Under the pieces are notes generated by a model that searched no databases, was not told the DNA's origin, and saw only the letters and a program-made list of their open reading frames with translations. Positions 54,442-63,959 of a stretch of DNA of 64,000 nucleotides are shown here, one piece after another. The DNA comes from a virus (Duplodnaviria > Caudoviricetes): positions 12,269-76,268 of IMG/VR virus record IMGVR_UViG_3300031992_000079, one strand, 5' to 3'. A program made the translations under genes and the position numbers. Numbering within the stretch: the first letter of the stretch is position 1; every line of letters begins with the position of its first letter.

Positions 54442-54464
54442 AAAAAAGCCCCATTACTGGGGCT
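54442..54464 (-). terminator. Intrinsic terminator
   Basis: AGCCCC-AGTAAT-GGGGCT-TTTTT on the - strand. Confidence 0.75.
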
Positions 54465-54493
54465 TCAACTACGAGGTACAATGTCTACGTTGA

Positions 54494-54691
54494 TTAACTG
54501 TTAAATATACCAGAAACTGTGTTGTCTGTCTTGGTTTCTTGCTTAGGTTGTTCAGGTAATTGGCTCTTAAGAGCAACCTCAACCTCTACAGTCTCACCAT
54601 TCCAGTTCAACTCACCATTGATACAGAACTTGTCTACAACATAGTTTTTAACAATGTCTTCAATGTCTTTCTTGGTAATTACAATTTTCAT
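54494..54691 (-). CDS. Hypothetical protein (start MKIVIT)
   Basis: 65 aa; AAGGA RBS. Confidence 0.65.
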   Translation of the reverse strand: MKIVITKKDIEDIVKNYVVDKFCINGELNWNGETVEVEVALKSQLPEQPKQETKTDNTVSGIFNS

Positions 54692-54714
54692 CTTAATATC
54701 CTTAAAAAGAAAAG

Positions 54715-54735
54715 TCAAAGGAACGGCGAAGCCGT
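54715..54735 (-). promoter_or_regulatory. Candidate GAA-triloop hairpin promoter
   Basis: + strand TCAA-AGGA-ACGGC-GAA-GCCGT, immediately after the thyX stop. Confidence 0.45.
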
Positions 54736-55604
54736 CAGTACTGCCAAATTCTCTTACCTAAGCCAGAGATACAATCATAGTAATCTGGTTCTTCAGGTAA
54801 CTCACCAAACTGTTTCCATCTCTCAATACAATGCCTTAACTGTGTAAAACCAGTAAGATTACCAGCAGTATAATCACTATCAGGAATGCATATGTGTTCG
54901 AATGGACTTGCATGTATTCTCTCTCCTTTAAGTAACTGATTAACTATCCTTCTGACAGTATCTTCCTTACTATCCTCTTTCCTGTAGGAAACCTGAGCAC
55001 AAAGAGTAACAGCCTTAAGTATAGTCTTAACATCACTAGCCTTAACATGCTCAAAGAAAGGACAGTGTACTTCATTCTCTTTGAGTTCCCAAGGGACACT
55101 TTCATCTCTCTCATCTCTCATCATAGTAGCTAACTGTCTAATCTCTGGTTGTGCTTCAGGACTAATTCTGAGCTTAAAGAAGTTATCAAACTCAGTACCA
55201 GTAAGAATAGTCTTGATATGCTGAAAAGGCTCTAAGAGCCTATTAGCATTCTGCTTATGAATACCTAAATCAATTAACTTCCTAACTGCTCTAACAGCAT
55301 CATCTCTGGCTTCAAACCAGACATTTCTAGCCTTAAGAGCAGTAATCTGATTATCCATCTCCTTACCTATCATTCCTTTCTGGTTTAGAGTCCATTCAGG
55401 AACAGCAGTATCCTCATAGATTAAATCAATCATCTTCTCAATAGGAATAGCCCTAGATGAAGCAGAATTACGTGAGAATACACGATGAGTTCCTAATTCA
55501 GAATGGATGTACCTTGGATATTCCAATTCAAAGGTAGTAACTCTATGTGGGTCCTCATGCTCATCATAGTAGTAGCTATCACCAATTACTTTTACACTAA
55601 TCAT
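54735..55604 (-). CDS. thyX: FAD-dependent thymidylate synthase
   Basis: THRVFSRNSASSRAIP (RHRxxSxxxxSxR-like), HKQ.ANRLLEPF, AQPEI..LA and HASPFEH motifs. Confidence 0.9.
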   Translation of the reverse strand: MISVKVIGDSYYYDEHEDPHRVTTFELEYPRYIHSELGTHRVFSRNSASSRAIPIEKMIDLIYEDTAVPEWTLNQKGMIGKEMDNQITALKARNVWFEARDDAVRAVRKLIDLGIHKQNANRLLEPFQHIKTILTGTEFDNFFKLRISPEAQPEIRQLATMMRDERDESVPWELKENEVHCPFFEHVKASDVKTILKAVTLCAQVSYRKEDSKEDTVRRIVNQLLKGERIHASPFEHICIPDSDYTAGNLTGFTQLRHCIERWKQFGELPEEPDYYDCISGLGKRIWQY

Positions 55605-55993
55605 ATATCACCCTCTAAAATGGTCTTCAGATTAACTCCAACCTTCAGATAGTAGAATAATTTACCATAAGGAACATTCCAGTGAGCACACATTTCTTTA
55701 ATAGTGTTGAAGCAAGTACCATTATGGTCTTGATACTGAGGTCTGTTATTAATCCACTTGGCTTTAGGATAAGTAGGATTATCAAGGACTCTGTGATACA
55801 TGAAGTAATCACCTTTAGCACCAAAAGTCTTTCTTGCAGCAGTCATAGCCTTTCTAGCCATAACAAAGTCTTCTCTCTTAGTACTATTGTCCTCATGAAT
55901 ACCTAAAGACCATTCCTCAAGACTAAAGAAGTAACCAAGCTTACCATCATTCTTGTAAATAAAAGTACTATATTTCATAAATAGAAACCTCAA
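55601..55993 (-). CDS. Hypothetical protein with a C-terminal HTH-like repeat
   Basis: C-terminal DHNG..F.TI.EMC.HW motif, shared with 52682..53155. Confidence 0.65.
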   Translation of the reverse strand: MRFLFMKYSTFIYKNDGKLGYFFSLEEWSLGIHEDNSTKREDFVMARKAMTAARKTFGAKGDYFMYHRVLDNPTYPKAKWINNRPQYQDHNGTCFNTIKEMCAHWNVPYGKLFYYLKVGVNLKTILEGDI

Positions 55994-56348
55994 TTCTAGG
56001 ATTGTTTTTATCTATACCACCAAATTCATCTATGAATGCACAGCATATATTGCAGTTATCATCTTCAAGAATGCCATAGTCCTGTAAAGCATCACATAAG
56101 AACTTATCCACTACAGTAGTAATGTTTCTCAAATCAAGTCTCCTTTTAGAAGAAACAAAAAGGGTGTACCTAATGCACACCCTTCCCTGTATTGGTTTTA
56201 GTCCTTCTAACTGGCTTCTCATAATCTCCTTAAACTTTCTCTTAAGGTTATTGGAGACCTGATAATGCCAGTTACGGTAATTGTTAAGATTTAAATGATA
56301 AACCTTTTTACCGAGTGTAATACTTGTAGGACATACAAGCTTAATCAA
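55968..56348 (-). CDS. rusA: RusA-like Holliday junction resolvase
   Basis: RRLDLRN...VDKF..DAL...GILEDDN and NPRIEV motifs. Confidence 0.75.
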   Translation of the reverse strand: MIKLVCPTSITLGKKVYHLNLNNYRNWHYQVSNNLKRKFKEIMRSQLEGLKPIQGRVCIRYTLFVSSKRRLDLRNITTVVDKFLCDALQDYGILEDDNCNICCAFIDEFGGIDKNNPRIEVSIYEI

Positions 56349-57063
56349 AGCCTAAGCTTTTAGCAGGAGACTCTGCTTTAGCTGCTTCATTAGTCTCATT
56401 AGGGTCATCAATAGGATCTACTCTAAGCTTCTCATCAATGACCTTACCCTGATACTCCTCAAGCCACTTATTCATGTAGACTGCTGGCTTATCCTGTAAT
56501 GCCTCAATAGCAAGCTTACCATCAGGAGTATAGTACTTATCAACAGTGTTAATAGTCCTAATGGTCTTAGTAGGAACCCAGGAAGTACCAACCTTTACAT
56601 TCTTATGCTTGTTATACTTCTTAATACCTACCTTAATCTTGGCTCCAGTAAGAGCAGGATATACAGGACACTGAGTAGGAACCTGTTTCTTCTGTTCCCA
56701 GTTCCAGACATTAATAGCCTTATACTCAGCATCTCCTAACCTGTCAGGAGTAATACCAAGAGCACAATAGCAAAGACTGTTAAACTGCTTCATACCTGGA
56801 GTAGCTTCCTTCTTACCAGTACGAGCATTGACTCTCAGAGTAGAGCCATCAGAGTACATAAGCCATGCAGTCTCAGCAGCAAACTCTCTGCCATTAATAT
56901 CCAGCACTACATTCAAGCCAGTAATCTTGCTCTCCTTGCTCTCAGTAAGATAAGCATACTTGATAGTAGCGTCATAGACACCAGTATCAAACAGCTTACC
57001 AATGCTGTCTCCCTCAAACAGGTCATTACCCTGAGCACTCATATCAGACCAATTTGTTTTCAT
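56341..57063 (-). CDS. ssb: Single-stranded DNA-binding protein (N4 gp45-like)
   Basis: 240 aa; TGVY...IK.AY, PG...FNSLC, and C-terminal KSLGFD; synteny after the gp44-like gene. Confidence 0.75.
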   Translation of the reverse strand: MKTNWSDMSAQGNDLFEGDSIGKLFDTGVYDATIKYAYLTESKESKITGLNVVLDINGREFAAETAWLMYSDGSTLRVNARTGKKEATPGMKQFNSLCYCALGITPDRLGDAEYKAINVWNWEQKKQVPTQCPVYPALTGAKIKVGIKKYNKHKNVKVGTSWVPTKTIRTINTVDKYYTPDGKLAIEALQDKPAVYMNKWLEEYQGKVIDEKLRVDPIDDPNETNEAAKAESPAKSLGFD

Positions 57064-57066
57064 GAA

Positions 57067-57810
57067 TTATTCTCCATAAAATTCATTAAGACGATTCAAA
57101 ACAATACTAATATCATTATCAATGAAGGTTTCATTCTTCTTCCACATATTCCTATTTTCCCTTAACCGTTCATTTACTGTGTCCTTAGTTAAGCGGGTTT
57201 GGAATACGTTTTTGAAACCCAATTCTAAGTCATCTTCAGTTATGTGTAAATTGTCATTTTTATATGCCTCCAAGTCTTTTATCTTCATCTTCTTAGTGGA
57301 TACCATATTCTCAAAGAAAGCTTCAGCACCTTTCTTGCCTACACTTCCTTTGATTGGAATTGATGTCTCCACTGCAAGTTCAGCCTCATTGTATCTGTCT
57401 GCTACATGAGCAGTTACAATTACATTGGTGCCTACCTTAATTAACCTTGGTATTTCCTGGTTTAACAGATTAATAAAGAAATCTGCATATGTTCCCCATG
57501 CTGCCTGTGTATTGGTAGCAGTCTTAACATACTTGGTTTCGTACATATCCATCAGGAATGTAAGACTGTCAATAACCACAGTGTTAATCTTATCAGGATG
57601 CTTCTCTGCTTGTCTCAGGAAACATCCTTCACCAACTAACTCAGTTAAGGGAGCAGTAATAATCTCCTTCTTAAAATTGTTCTTAAATGGTAAGTTCTTA
57701 CCTGCTTCGCAGTTAAGGTAGAGTACTTTTTCTTGGTCTTTCAAACCAGAAAGACTGTAACTCTTGCCTGTAGTAGACTTACCAGTTATTAATACTAATT
57801 TGCCCGTCAT
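57067..57810 (-). CDS. Sak4-like AAA ATPase (N4 gp44-like)
   Basis: GKSTTGKS Walker A, VIDSLTFLMD Walker B, TAHV and EAFF motifs. Confidence 0.85.
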   Translation of the reverse strand: MTGKLVLITGKSTTGKSYSLSGLKDQEKVLYLNCEAGKNLPFKNNFKKEIITAPLTELVGEGCFLRQAEKHPDKINTVVIDSLTFLMDMYETKYVKTATNTQAAWGTYADFFINLLNQEIPRLIKVGTNVIVTAHVADRYNEAELAVETSIPIKGSVGKKGAEAFFENMVSTKKMKIKDLEAYKNDNLHITEDDLELGFKNVFQTRLTKDTVNERLRENRNMWKKNETFIDNDISIVLNRLNEFYGE

Positions 57811-58259
57811 TCTCTATCCTTAAAAATAACTCCCTTAGGAGTAGGCTTATAGAACCTACCAGGGATATAGCTGCCAAAACAATATACTTTCTTCCCCATC
57901 TTTAATGCTTTATTCATAGCGTCAATAGTGCCATTACCATAGTCACCACAGACAACAAAATCACAGCGTTTAATGATAAGAGTATTCCTCTCATTAAAGC
58001 CCAAACCAGTAGCAACAATGTTATGGTCTTCATTATACCTGTACTTGTCACAGAGTTCTTTATTATGCCATCCAGAAGGTTCATAGACAGTTAAGCAGAT
58101 TTCATTGTTATGGGCATACTCCATACCAAAGCTGTCCATGCCAAATGCACCACCAGTTACAATCTCATCGATTTCATCTTTAATAGAATCAAGATATGCT
58201 GCAACCTTATCCATAGACTGAACTGAAGGACTTCTTGAACCAATAACTGCTATTCTCAT
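57807..58259 (-). CDS. SLOG-fold protein (YspA/DprA-like)
   Basis: IAVIGSR, IVTGGA.G.D, RN..I...D and GT...M..A motifs. Confidence 0.75.
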   Translation of the reverse strand: MRIAVIGSRSPSVQSMDKVAAYLDSIKDEIDEIVTGGAFGMDSFGMEYAHNNEICLTVYEPSGWHNKELCDKYRYNEDHNIVATGLGFNERNTLIIKRCDFVVCGDYGNGTIDAMNKALKMGKKVYCFGSYIPGRFYKPTPKGVIFKDRE

Positions 58260-58282
58260 GTTTATACCTCAAAGTAATGAAT

Positions 58283-58326
58283 AAAAAAAAAATGGTGAGA
58301 TTCCTTAAATTAAAAGAACCTCACCA
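58283..58326 (-). terminator. Long intrinsic terminator downstream of the primase gene
   Basis: TGGTGAG...CTCACCA stem with inner pairing, then T10 on the - strand. Confidence 0.65.
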
Positions 58327-58340
58327 GAAGGGCGAAGCCC
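58321..58340 (-). promoter_or_regulatory. Candidate GAA-triloop hairpin promoter
   Basis: + strand TCAC-CAGAA-GGGC-GAA-GCCC, 8 nt beyond the primase stop. Confidence 0.45.
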
Positions 58341-58347
58341 CCGAAAT

Positions 58348-60528
58348 TCAGACTTCCAGAGACTTTAGTACTGTACTCTCCAGTTCCGAAATACTTAAAG
58401 GTATATCAAACTTGGAATTGAGTTCCAGTATATGCTTTCTAATAACATCATCTTCTAACTGTCTGTCTCTAAGCATAAAGCCGTATCTGGCAAGCATATT
58501 GTTTCTATTACCTTCATCAGTATGGGATAGAAACCATCTGGTGATAGCATCTACATTACCATACTTCTTGTTATCTGCTTTACGCTGCTCATTCTCAGCA
58601 GTATCAGGAATGAATGGCCTGGGGTCTATTAAGTCTCCTTCTACATTCTCAAATACATCACCATTATTAGTATTCCATCCTCTTGCTATATCCTTGGTTT
58701 TCTCATCTAAAACCAGAGGAAGAGACTCATAGAAGTTAATCATAAACTTAGAGTAATCTTCGCTGTTAAGAGATATGGTGTATTTCATAGGAAGAATAAC
58801 CCTGAACCTTTCACATACCTTACCATGCTTCTCTTTGTTATGGTTCTTGCTTGTATAGATAACATACTTAAAGTTCTTAAAGATTTCTCTTACTGTCTGA
58901 ACTGTATCTCCATTATCTAAATCCAGAACTAACAGATTAAATGGTCCAGTAACAAATTCCTGGCTTCGCCTGTTACCTAGAGAAGGATTAACAGGGTCAT
59001 AGGTAAAGTGATGAGCAGACCATATTAAACCATCAGCAGAACCAAGATTCCTTAACTTATTGAATGGTACAGTCTTGTTATCAAACCTGTAGCTAATATG
59101 GTCTGAGATAGAGAGTATCAATTCATTAAGGTCTGTATTCCTATAGGATTCTCCAATAAGGAAATCAATCTTACTTCTGGTAACAGTCTTAATAGTGATG
59201 TTATGAGTATATCCCCATTCTCTGGCTCTCTCTATCAGTTGGTCCTGTGTAGGCTTAGAACCCTTAAAGAATGGAAGTCTCTCAGCCAAATCAGCCTTGT
59301 GCATAGGCTTACCTTCACTGACTAAGAATTTAGCCAGCTTAACATAGGACTTCTCCTGATGGAGTATCTTCCATAAGTCTTTACCAGAGTCTTCTGCTAC
59401 CTTAAATGCAGCAAGAAGATGTTCTTTAGTAATCCTGTCACTGCAATCAATGAAAGCATATGCTCCTGCCAGTCTAAGAGCCTTATATGCTCTAGTCTGG
59501 ATTTCAATCTTATAGGTGCTGTCTGCTTCATTGGTGTACTCTGTAGTTCTCTTAGCACCCCAGAGAAGATACTCATTGTAGAGTAACCTGCCTTCCTTAT
59601 CTAACAGCAGCTTCTTATCATAGTAGTTCTTATTAGCAAGTTTGCTAAGTGCTTCTACAAGACTGTTATTGATGTCTTTGTTAGTACTGGCATTCTGCAT
59701 TTCATACAGTTGTTCAGCAGTAACACTGGAATCAAATTCAGAACTATTACCAATAGCAAAGAACATTCTTCTGGCAAAACCAGATGAAAGGAATGTCATA
59801 AAAGTCTGTTCTGTTTCACTGGCATCAAAGAGTTTAGTAGGGTCTCCCATCCAGAGATAGTTTACAGGAATAGGAATATCTCTCTCTTCATATCTCTGGT
59901 TTTCCTTAGTAGCCTTAGTAATGGATGCTTCAATAGAACCCTTATCAAAGAAGGATAAACCCATGCTATTAAGGTCTGCATTACCAAGGAGATTATGACC
60001 AATCTCATCTACCAGAACATTAAGACTTCCACATCCTGCCAGTTGTACTGCTTTTCTGGCTTGTCTTATTGCTGCTTCAGTACCTTTACCAATTCTCCAT
60101 GGAAACTGACCATAGGAAGAATACTCTTCATTGATAAGGTTCATGGCTTCTTCAAGAGGTAAACCAGTAGAAAGAGACTTGATAGTAGCAAGCTTGTATC
60201 TGAACTCTTCTCCAATATCAAAATAGATTTCCTTACGGAGAAACAGATTCTTAAAGCCAGCACAGAGTTCATCCATAATATCTACAGAGAAATTCTTACC
60301 TGCTCCTGAAGGCATAACACCACAGGAATACATGTTAATGATGTACTTAGTACCAGCATCATCAACAATGGTATTTCTCATATGACCTGCCATCTGACAG
60401 AAGTTATTGGCAATAACAAGCCTGAAGAAGTTATCAGCATTGTAGTTACCAATTCTGTTTCTCATCATATTAAGAATCTTCTCTTGCAGAGGATGATACT
60501 CTGCTTCAGAAATTAACTGCTCTATCAT
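58348..60528 (-). CDS. DNA primase (N4 gp43-like)
   Basis: 726 aa; PSGAGK P-loop-like motif, FLSSGFARR, LVLDLD prim-pol-like motif and C-terminal EG.RNN.L.R primase C-terminal motif; N4 synteny. Confidence 0.85.
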   Translation of the reverse strand: MIEQLISEAEYHPLQEKILNMMRNRIGNYNADNFFRLVIANNFCQMAGHMRNTIVDDAGTKYIINMYSCGVMPSGAGKNFSVDIMDELCAGFKNLFLRKEIYFDIGEEFRYKLATIKSLSTGLPLEEAMNLINEEYSSYGQFPWRIGKGTEAAIRQARKAVQLAGCGSLNVLVDEIGHNLLGNADLNSMGLSFFDKGSIEASITKATKENQRYEERDIPIPVNYLWMGDPTKLFDASETEQTFMTFLSSGFARRMFFAIGNSSEFDSSVTAEQLYEMQNASTNKDINNSLVEALSKLANKNYYDKKLLLDKEGRLLYNEYLLWGAKRTTEYTNEADSTYKIEIQTRAYKALRLAGAYAFIDCSDRITKEHLLAAFKVAEDSGKDLWKILHQEKSYVKLAKFLVSEGKPMHKADLAERLPFFKGSKPTQDQLIERAREWGYTHNITIKTVTRSKIDFLIGESYRNTDLNELILSISDHISYRFDNKTVPFNKLRNLGSADGLIWSAHHFTYDPVNPSLGNRRSQEFVTGPFNLLVLDLDNGDTVQTVREIFKNFKYVIYTSKNHNKEKHGKVCERFRVILPMKYTISLNSEDYSKFMINFYESLPLVLDEKTKDIARGWNTNNGDVFENVEGDLIDPRPFIPDTAENEQRKADNKKYGNVDAITRWFLSHTDEGNRNNMLARYGFMLRDRQLEDDVIRKHILELNSKFDIPLSISELESTVLKSLEV

Positions 60529-61495
60529 CTTTTAATACTCCATTTCTAATAAACTCTTTGTACTGAGAACACATAGAACAACAGTTACAGTACTTACATC
60601 CTACTGGTTCTTGCTGCTTAAGAAGTACCTTACCTTTACCCTTGGTTTGCATATACTTAAGTGCTTCAAGCTTGTTCTCAAAGTTCTTATAAGCCTTAGT
60701 GGATGTCTCAGTAGCAAAGTACTGCCATATAGGCTTATCTATCATAAGAGTATGGTCCTCACATCTGGGTAATTCACTCAGATTTTCAGAGTAATACTCT
60801 ATGTCTCTAATTCTCTTGAGTATCATTTCCTCAGTCTCTTGCAAAGACATTAATGGCACATTGATACTAATAAAAGGATGCTCAGGATAACCATCAATGG
60901 AATGAAGAAAATTCTTATTCCAATTAGTGAAAATATAATGAATAACACCATGCACATCATTTGTAATCAACTCCGGATTAAGCCACCTGTACACAGATAA
61001 CTGAATTGAATAATCCTTAATCTTGTTCTTGTTGATATAGGTATATACAGATGTGGACTTGAAATCATGAATGGTGTCATTCACAACCAAGTCAAACTGA
61101 CCTGTTATATTCCATCCGTTAATCTCCTTAGTTACTCTCTTCTCAAACCAGAGATTAATATCATCCTCATTAGGATTTTCTGGATTAACCTTAATCTTAT
61201 CTAACTTGTTAAAGCCTAATGCTTTAAGTCCTTCCTTAATAACATTCTCATCCTCCCATACAGCCTGTATATCTCTATGCAGAGCAGTACCAATAGAACT
61301 GCTAAGCATAGTACTGATGTCTACAGGGTCTTCATTATTAGTCCTGCTCATAAGTTTGCTTAATACAGTTTGTCTTACACTTCTGACTAAGCCAGATGCA
61401 GAGAGATAATTACCATCATTACTCCCAGTGTAAGTATTGCTTGCTAACCAGCCTGCAATAACCCAGTCTATATTTAAGTCATTTTTTACTTTCAC
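60506..61495 (-). CDS. PD-(D/E)XK / Cas4-like exonuclease (N4 gp42-like)
   Basis: S.IGTALH, TGQFDL...DFKSTS, QLS.Y.WL and a C-terminal Cys cluster (RCE...CKYC.CC..C). Confidence 0.8.
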   Translation of the reverse strand: MKVKNDLNIDWVIAGWLASNTYTGSNDGNYLSASGLVRSVRQTVLSKLMSRTNNEDPVDISTMLSSSIGTALHRDIQAVWEDENVIKEGLKALGFNKLDKIKVNPENPNEDDINLWFEKRVTKEINGWNITGQFDLVVNDTIHDFKSTSVYTYINKNKIKDYSIQLSVYRWLNPELITNDVHGVIHYIFTNWNKNFLHSIDGYPEHPFISINVPLMSLQETEEMILKRIRDIEYYSENLSELPRCEDHTLMIDKPIWQYFATETSTKAYKNFENKLEALKYMQTKGKGKVLLKQQEPVGCKYCNCCSMCSQYKEFIRNGVLKDDRAVNF

Positions 61496-63959
61496 GAATC
61501 ACCTCAATAATTTGTTCTTTAGTAGCACTATTAGGAATCTCTGTACCATGACTCCAGTTAGGATAGAAGATTTCCAAATCACCTCCCAACTTAACTTGGT
61601 CATGTGCTATGTCTGGATGTTCCTGCCATTCCATAGCCTTAATAAGTACCTTATTAAACCATTCAATGACATCCAAATCATCCTTAACAAAGAAGTACAA
61701 AGCATCATGTATCTGAGCTACAGGCAGTATGTCTGTCTTGTATCTACTGTTCCATACTTTCTCCATAACTTCATTAGCACTTCTGGAATTAAGTAAACAC
61801 CATGACTGACCAAGAGCATTACCAACAGTTCTTCTCTCTTTAGCAGCCTGTCTTAAGCCATGAATACCATCAGATACAGCACCTTTAAGCAAGGGTGTTC
61901 TTAATCTAAGGCCGAAGGCCAATGTAGCATATCCATCTTCCTTGGCTTTATCTATCTTGTTCTTAACCCATTCATCACTCTCTTTATACAGTTCATGGTA
62001 TCTCTGTTCAGCCTGTATAGCTTGTTCTTCAGATAGACCACATTCAGTAACAAGAGCAAAGTGAGTACCTGCATAGGTAAGAGCAAAGGTAATACCTTTA
62101 CTGGCTTGTCTTAGTTCTGGATACCTTTTCTTTATTGAATTGATGATTTCTACTTCTTTCTCTGGATTAGCTTCTAGTTCTTTTGTTACATCAGGCATTT
62201 GTTCTTTGAAATAAGAATATGCTCTAAGGCAATGACCATCGAATGAATCGGTATAGACTTTAAGCTTCTGACTGTCTTTAGTAGTCAGAGCACTTATCCT
62301 ATCCTCAAGACTCCTTTGGTCTGCACCAACAAAGATATAACCATTAAGACTACAGAATATCTTCTTTACTGGTTTAGCATAAGGAGAACCAGTAGAAGGC
62401 AGTTGTTGTAGATTAGGACCTGAACTGCTTAATCTTCCTGACCTTGTACCACAGAGATTAAAGTTTCCATACAGTGCTTTTCTTCCATTTACAAGCGGAG
62501 CGTCTATAAAGTTCTTTAAGAAAGCAGTAATAATCTTTCTTACCTTACTGTACTCATAGATGTTCTTAAGAATGTCTTTCACACCATCAGGTGCTTTAAC
62601 CACTAATTCTTGCAGTGTATCTCCATCTACAGCAGGATTACCCTTATCTGTATAGGAGAGTACTGGTAAGCCAAGAAAGTCATATAGGAACTCTCCTAAC
62701 TGGCTTCCTGAGGCTATATTGAACTGGTTAGTTTTGAAGTCTTCTATAGTCTTCTGTTTCTTTTTATGTGTCTTGTTGTACTCTGCTGCATTTCTTTCTT
62801 TAAGCTTATACTCAAACTCCTTAACAATAGGATTACTAAGCACAGCACTCCTAAAGGAATACTCCTTAGAGTTAAGGAAAGCATCCAGAGTATTTATCTC
62901 TGCTTCATCCATCCTCATACCTACTAACTGAGTCTGAGTAAGCACTTTAAGACTGGGAAGCATAAGAGTCTTATACAGTTCTTCCTGCTGGTCTTCGACC
63001 ATCTTTGGATAATAAGTATTGTAGACATACCAAGTAGCCAGTACGTCAGTAAGGTTATAAGGTAACAGTCTTTCAAGAGGAATATCTTCAGCACTATCAA
63101 TATCATCCTGTGCATAATCACCAGTGTATTGATAAGCCAGATACTTTAATTTGAGATTAGCTTTACCAGTAGTATTCAAAGCCAGATAAGCAATAACCTT
63201 AGTATCTTCCAGATTATTGAATACACAATGTAAACCAGTAAGCATTCCATTCCAGTCTTCTAAACCAGACATGAAACACTCATGAATGATAAACATGGTA
63301 TCAAAGGAAGCATTATGAAATATCTTCTTACCCTTGTATTCAAGGAAATATCTCTTGAGCAGAGGATAGTCTTTCTGGCTTATTGTAATAGCAATGCCAT
63401 TATGTATATCCTTACCAAAGGCAATGCTAATCATCTTATCCTTGTAGAATTTAAGACCTGTAGTTTCAATATCTATAGCACAAGCTTCCCATGTAAGAAG
63501 CTCATCTATAATCTCATCAGTTAAGCCAGTAGTACTGTATTTAGCATCATGAATAATGTCACTGCCTATCTCACTGTTAGTACCAGTATTGATATAAGCA
63601 TTAACCTTCTCCATAATGAAATTAAGTCTTTCTTTCTGAGCAGGGTCATACATAATGCTTAAGTAGTTAGGTATCTTAAATGCCTTACCTAGTATGGTAT
63701 TTACTACTACACCATCAGCACCTTTCTCTTTAGTGAGAGACTTAAACAATTCACTGTCAGCAACCAGTACTACCTTAACTGGTTCCAGAATATCATTTAT
63801 CTGTTCAATGAATTCTTTTCTTTCCTTGGCTTTCAAACCAGAAGGAATCCCATAGCATACATAGTTATGCCCATAGTAGAAGGTAAGGTTTTCAGTAACA
63901 ACCTCAGACTCCTTAATAAGGATAGCCTTCTCTGGTGTTCCTTCTGTTACTCTAATCAT
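61479..63959 (-). CDS. DNA polymerase, family A (N4 gp39-like)
   Basis: Exonuclease motifs DIET, HNASFD and YN..D; polymerase motifs SLEDRISA, RQASKGITFALTY and IHDAL; no intein. Confidence 0.95.
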   Translation of the reverse strand: MIRVTEGTPEKAILIKESEVVTENLTFYYGHNYVCYGIPSGLKAKERKEFIEQINDILEPVKVVLVADSELFKSLTKEKGADGVVVNTILGKAFKIPNYLSIMYDPAQKERLNFIMEKVNAYINTGTNSEIGSDIIHDAKYSTTGLTDEIIDELLTWEACAIDIETTGLKFYKDKMISIAFGKDIHNGIAITISQKDYPLLKRYFLEYKGKKIFHNASFDTMFIIHECFMSGLEDWNGMLTGLHCVFNNLEDTKVIAYLALNTTGKANLKLKYLAYQYTGDYAQDDIDSAEDIPLERLLPYNLTDVLATWYVYNTYYPKMVEDQQEELYKTLMLPSLKVLTQTQLVGMRMDEAEINTLDAFLNSKEYSFRSAVLSNPIVKEFEYKLKERNAAEYNKTHKKKQKTIEDFKTNQFNIASGSQLGEFLYDFLGLPVLSYTDKGNPAVDGDTLQELVVKAPDGVKDILKNIYEYSKVRKIITAFLKNFIDAPLVNGRKALYGNFNLCGTRSGRLSSSGPNLQQLPSTGSPYAKPVKKIFCSLNGYIFVGADQRSLEDRISALTTKDSQKLKVYTDSFDGHCLRAYSYFKEQMPDVTKELEANPEKEVEIINSIKKRYPELRQASKGITFALTYAGTHFALVTECGLSEEQAIQAEQRYHELYKESDEWVKNKIDKAKEDGYATLAFGLRLRTPLLKGAVSDGIHGLRQAAKERRTVGNALGQSWCLLNSRSANEVMEKVWNSRYKTDILPVAQIHDALYFFVKDDLDVIEWFNKVLIKAMEWQEHPDIAHDQVKLGGDLEIFYPNWSHGTEIPNSATKEQIIEVIRESKK

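Noticed and set aside
58277-58732. 151-aa + strand ORF
   Set aside because: Antisense shadow of the primase gene, Ser/Leu-rich, starting within terminator sequence.
51432-63524. + strand ORFs opposite the replication and accessory genes
   Set aside because: Antisense shadows with low-complexity composition.
21748-63959. Inteins in the vRNAP, terminase, primase or DNA polymerase
   Set aside because: Lengths and motif spacing are normal, and no C/S...HN splice junctions or LAGLIDADG blocks were seen.
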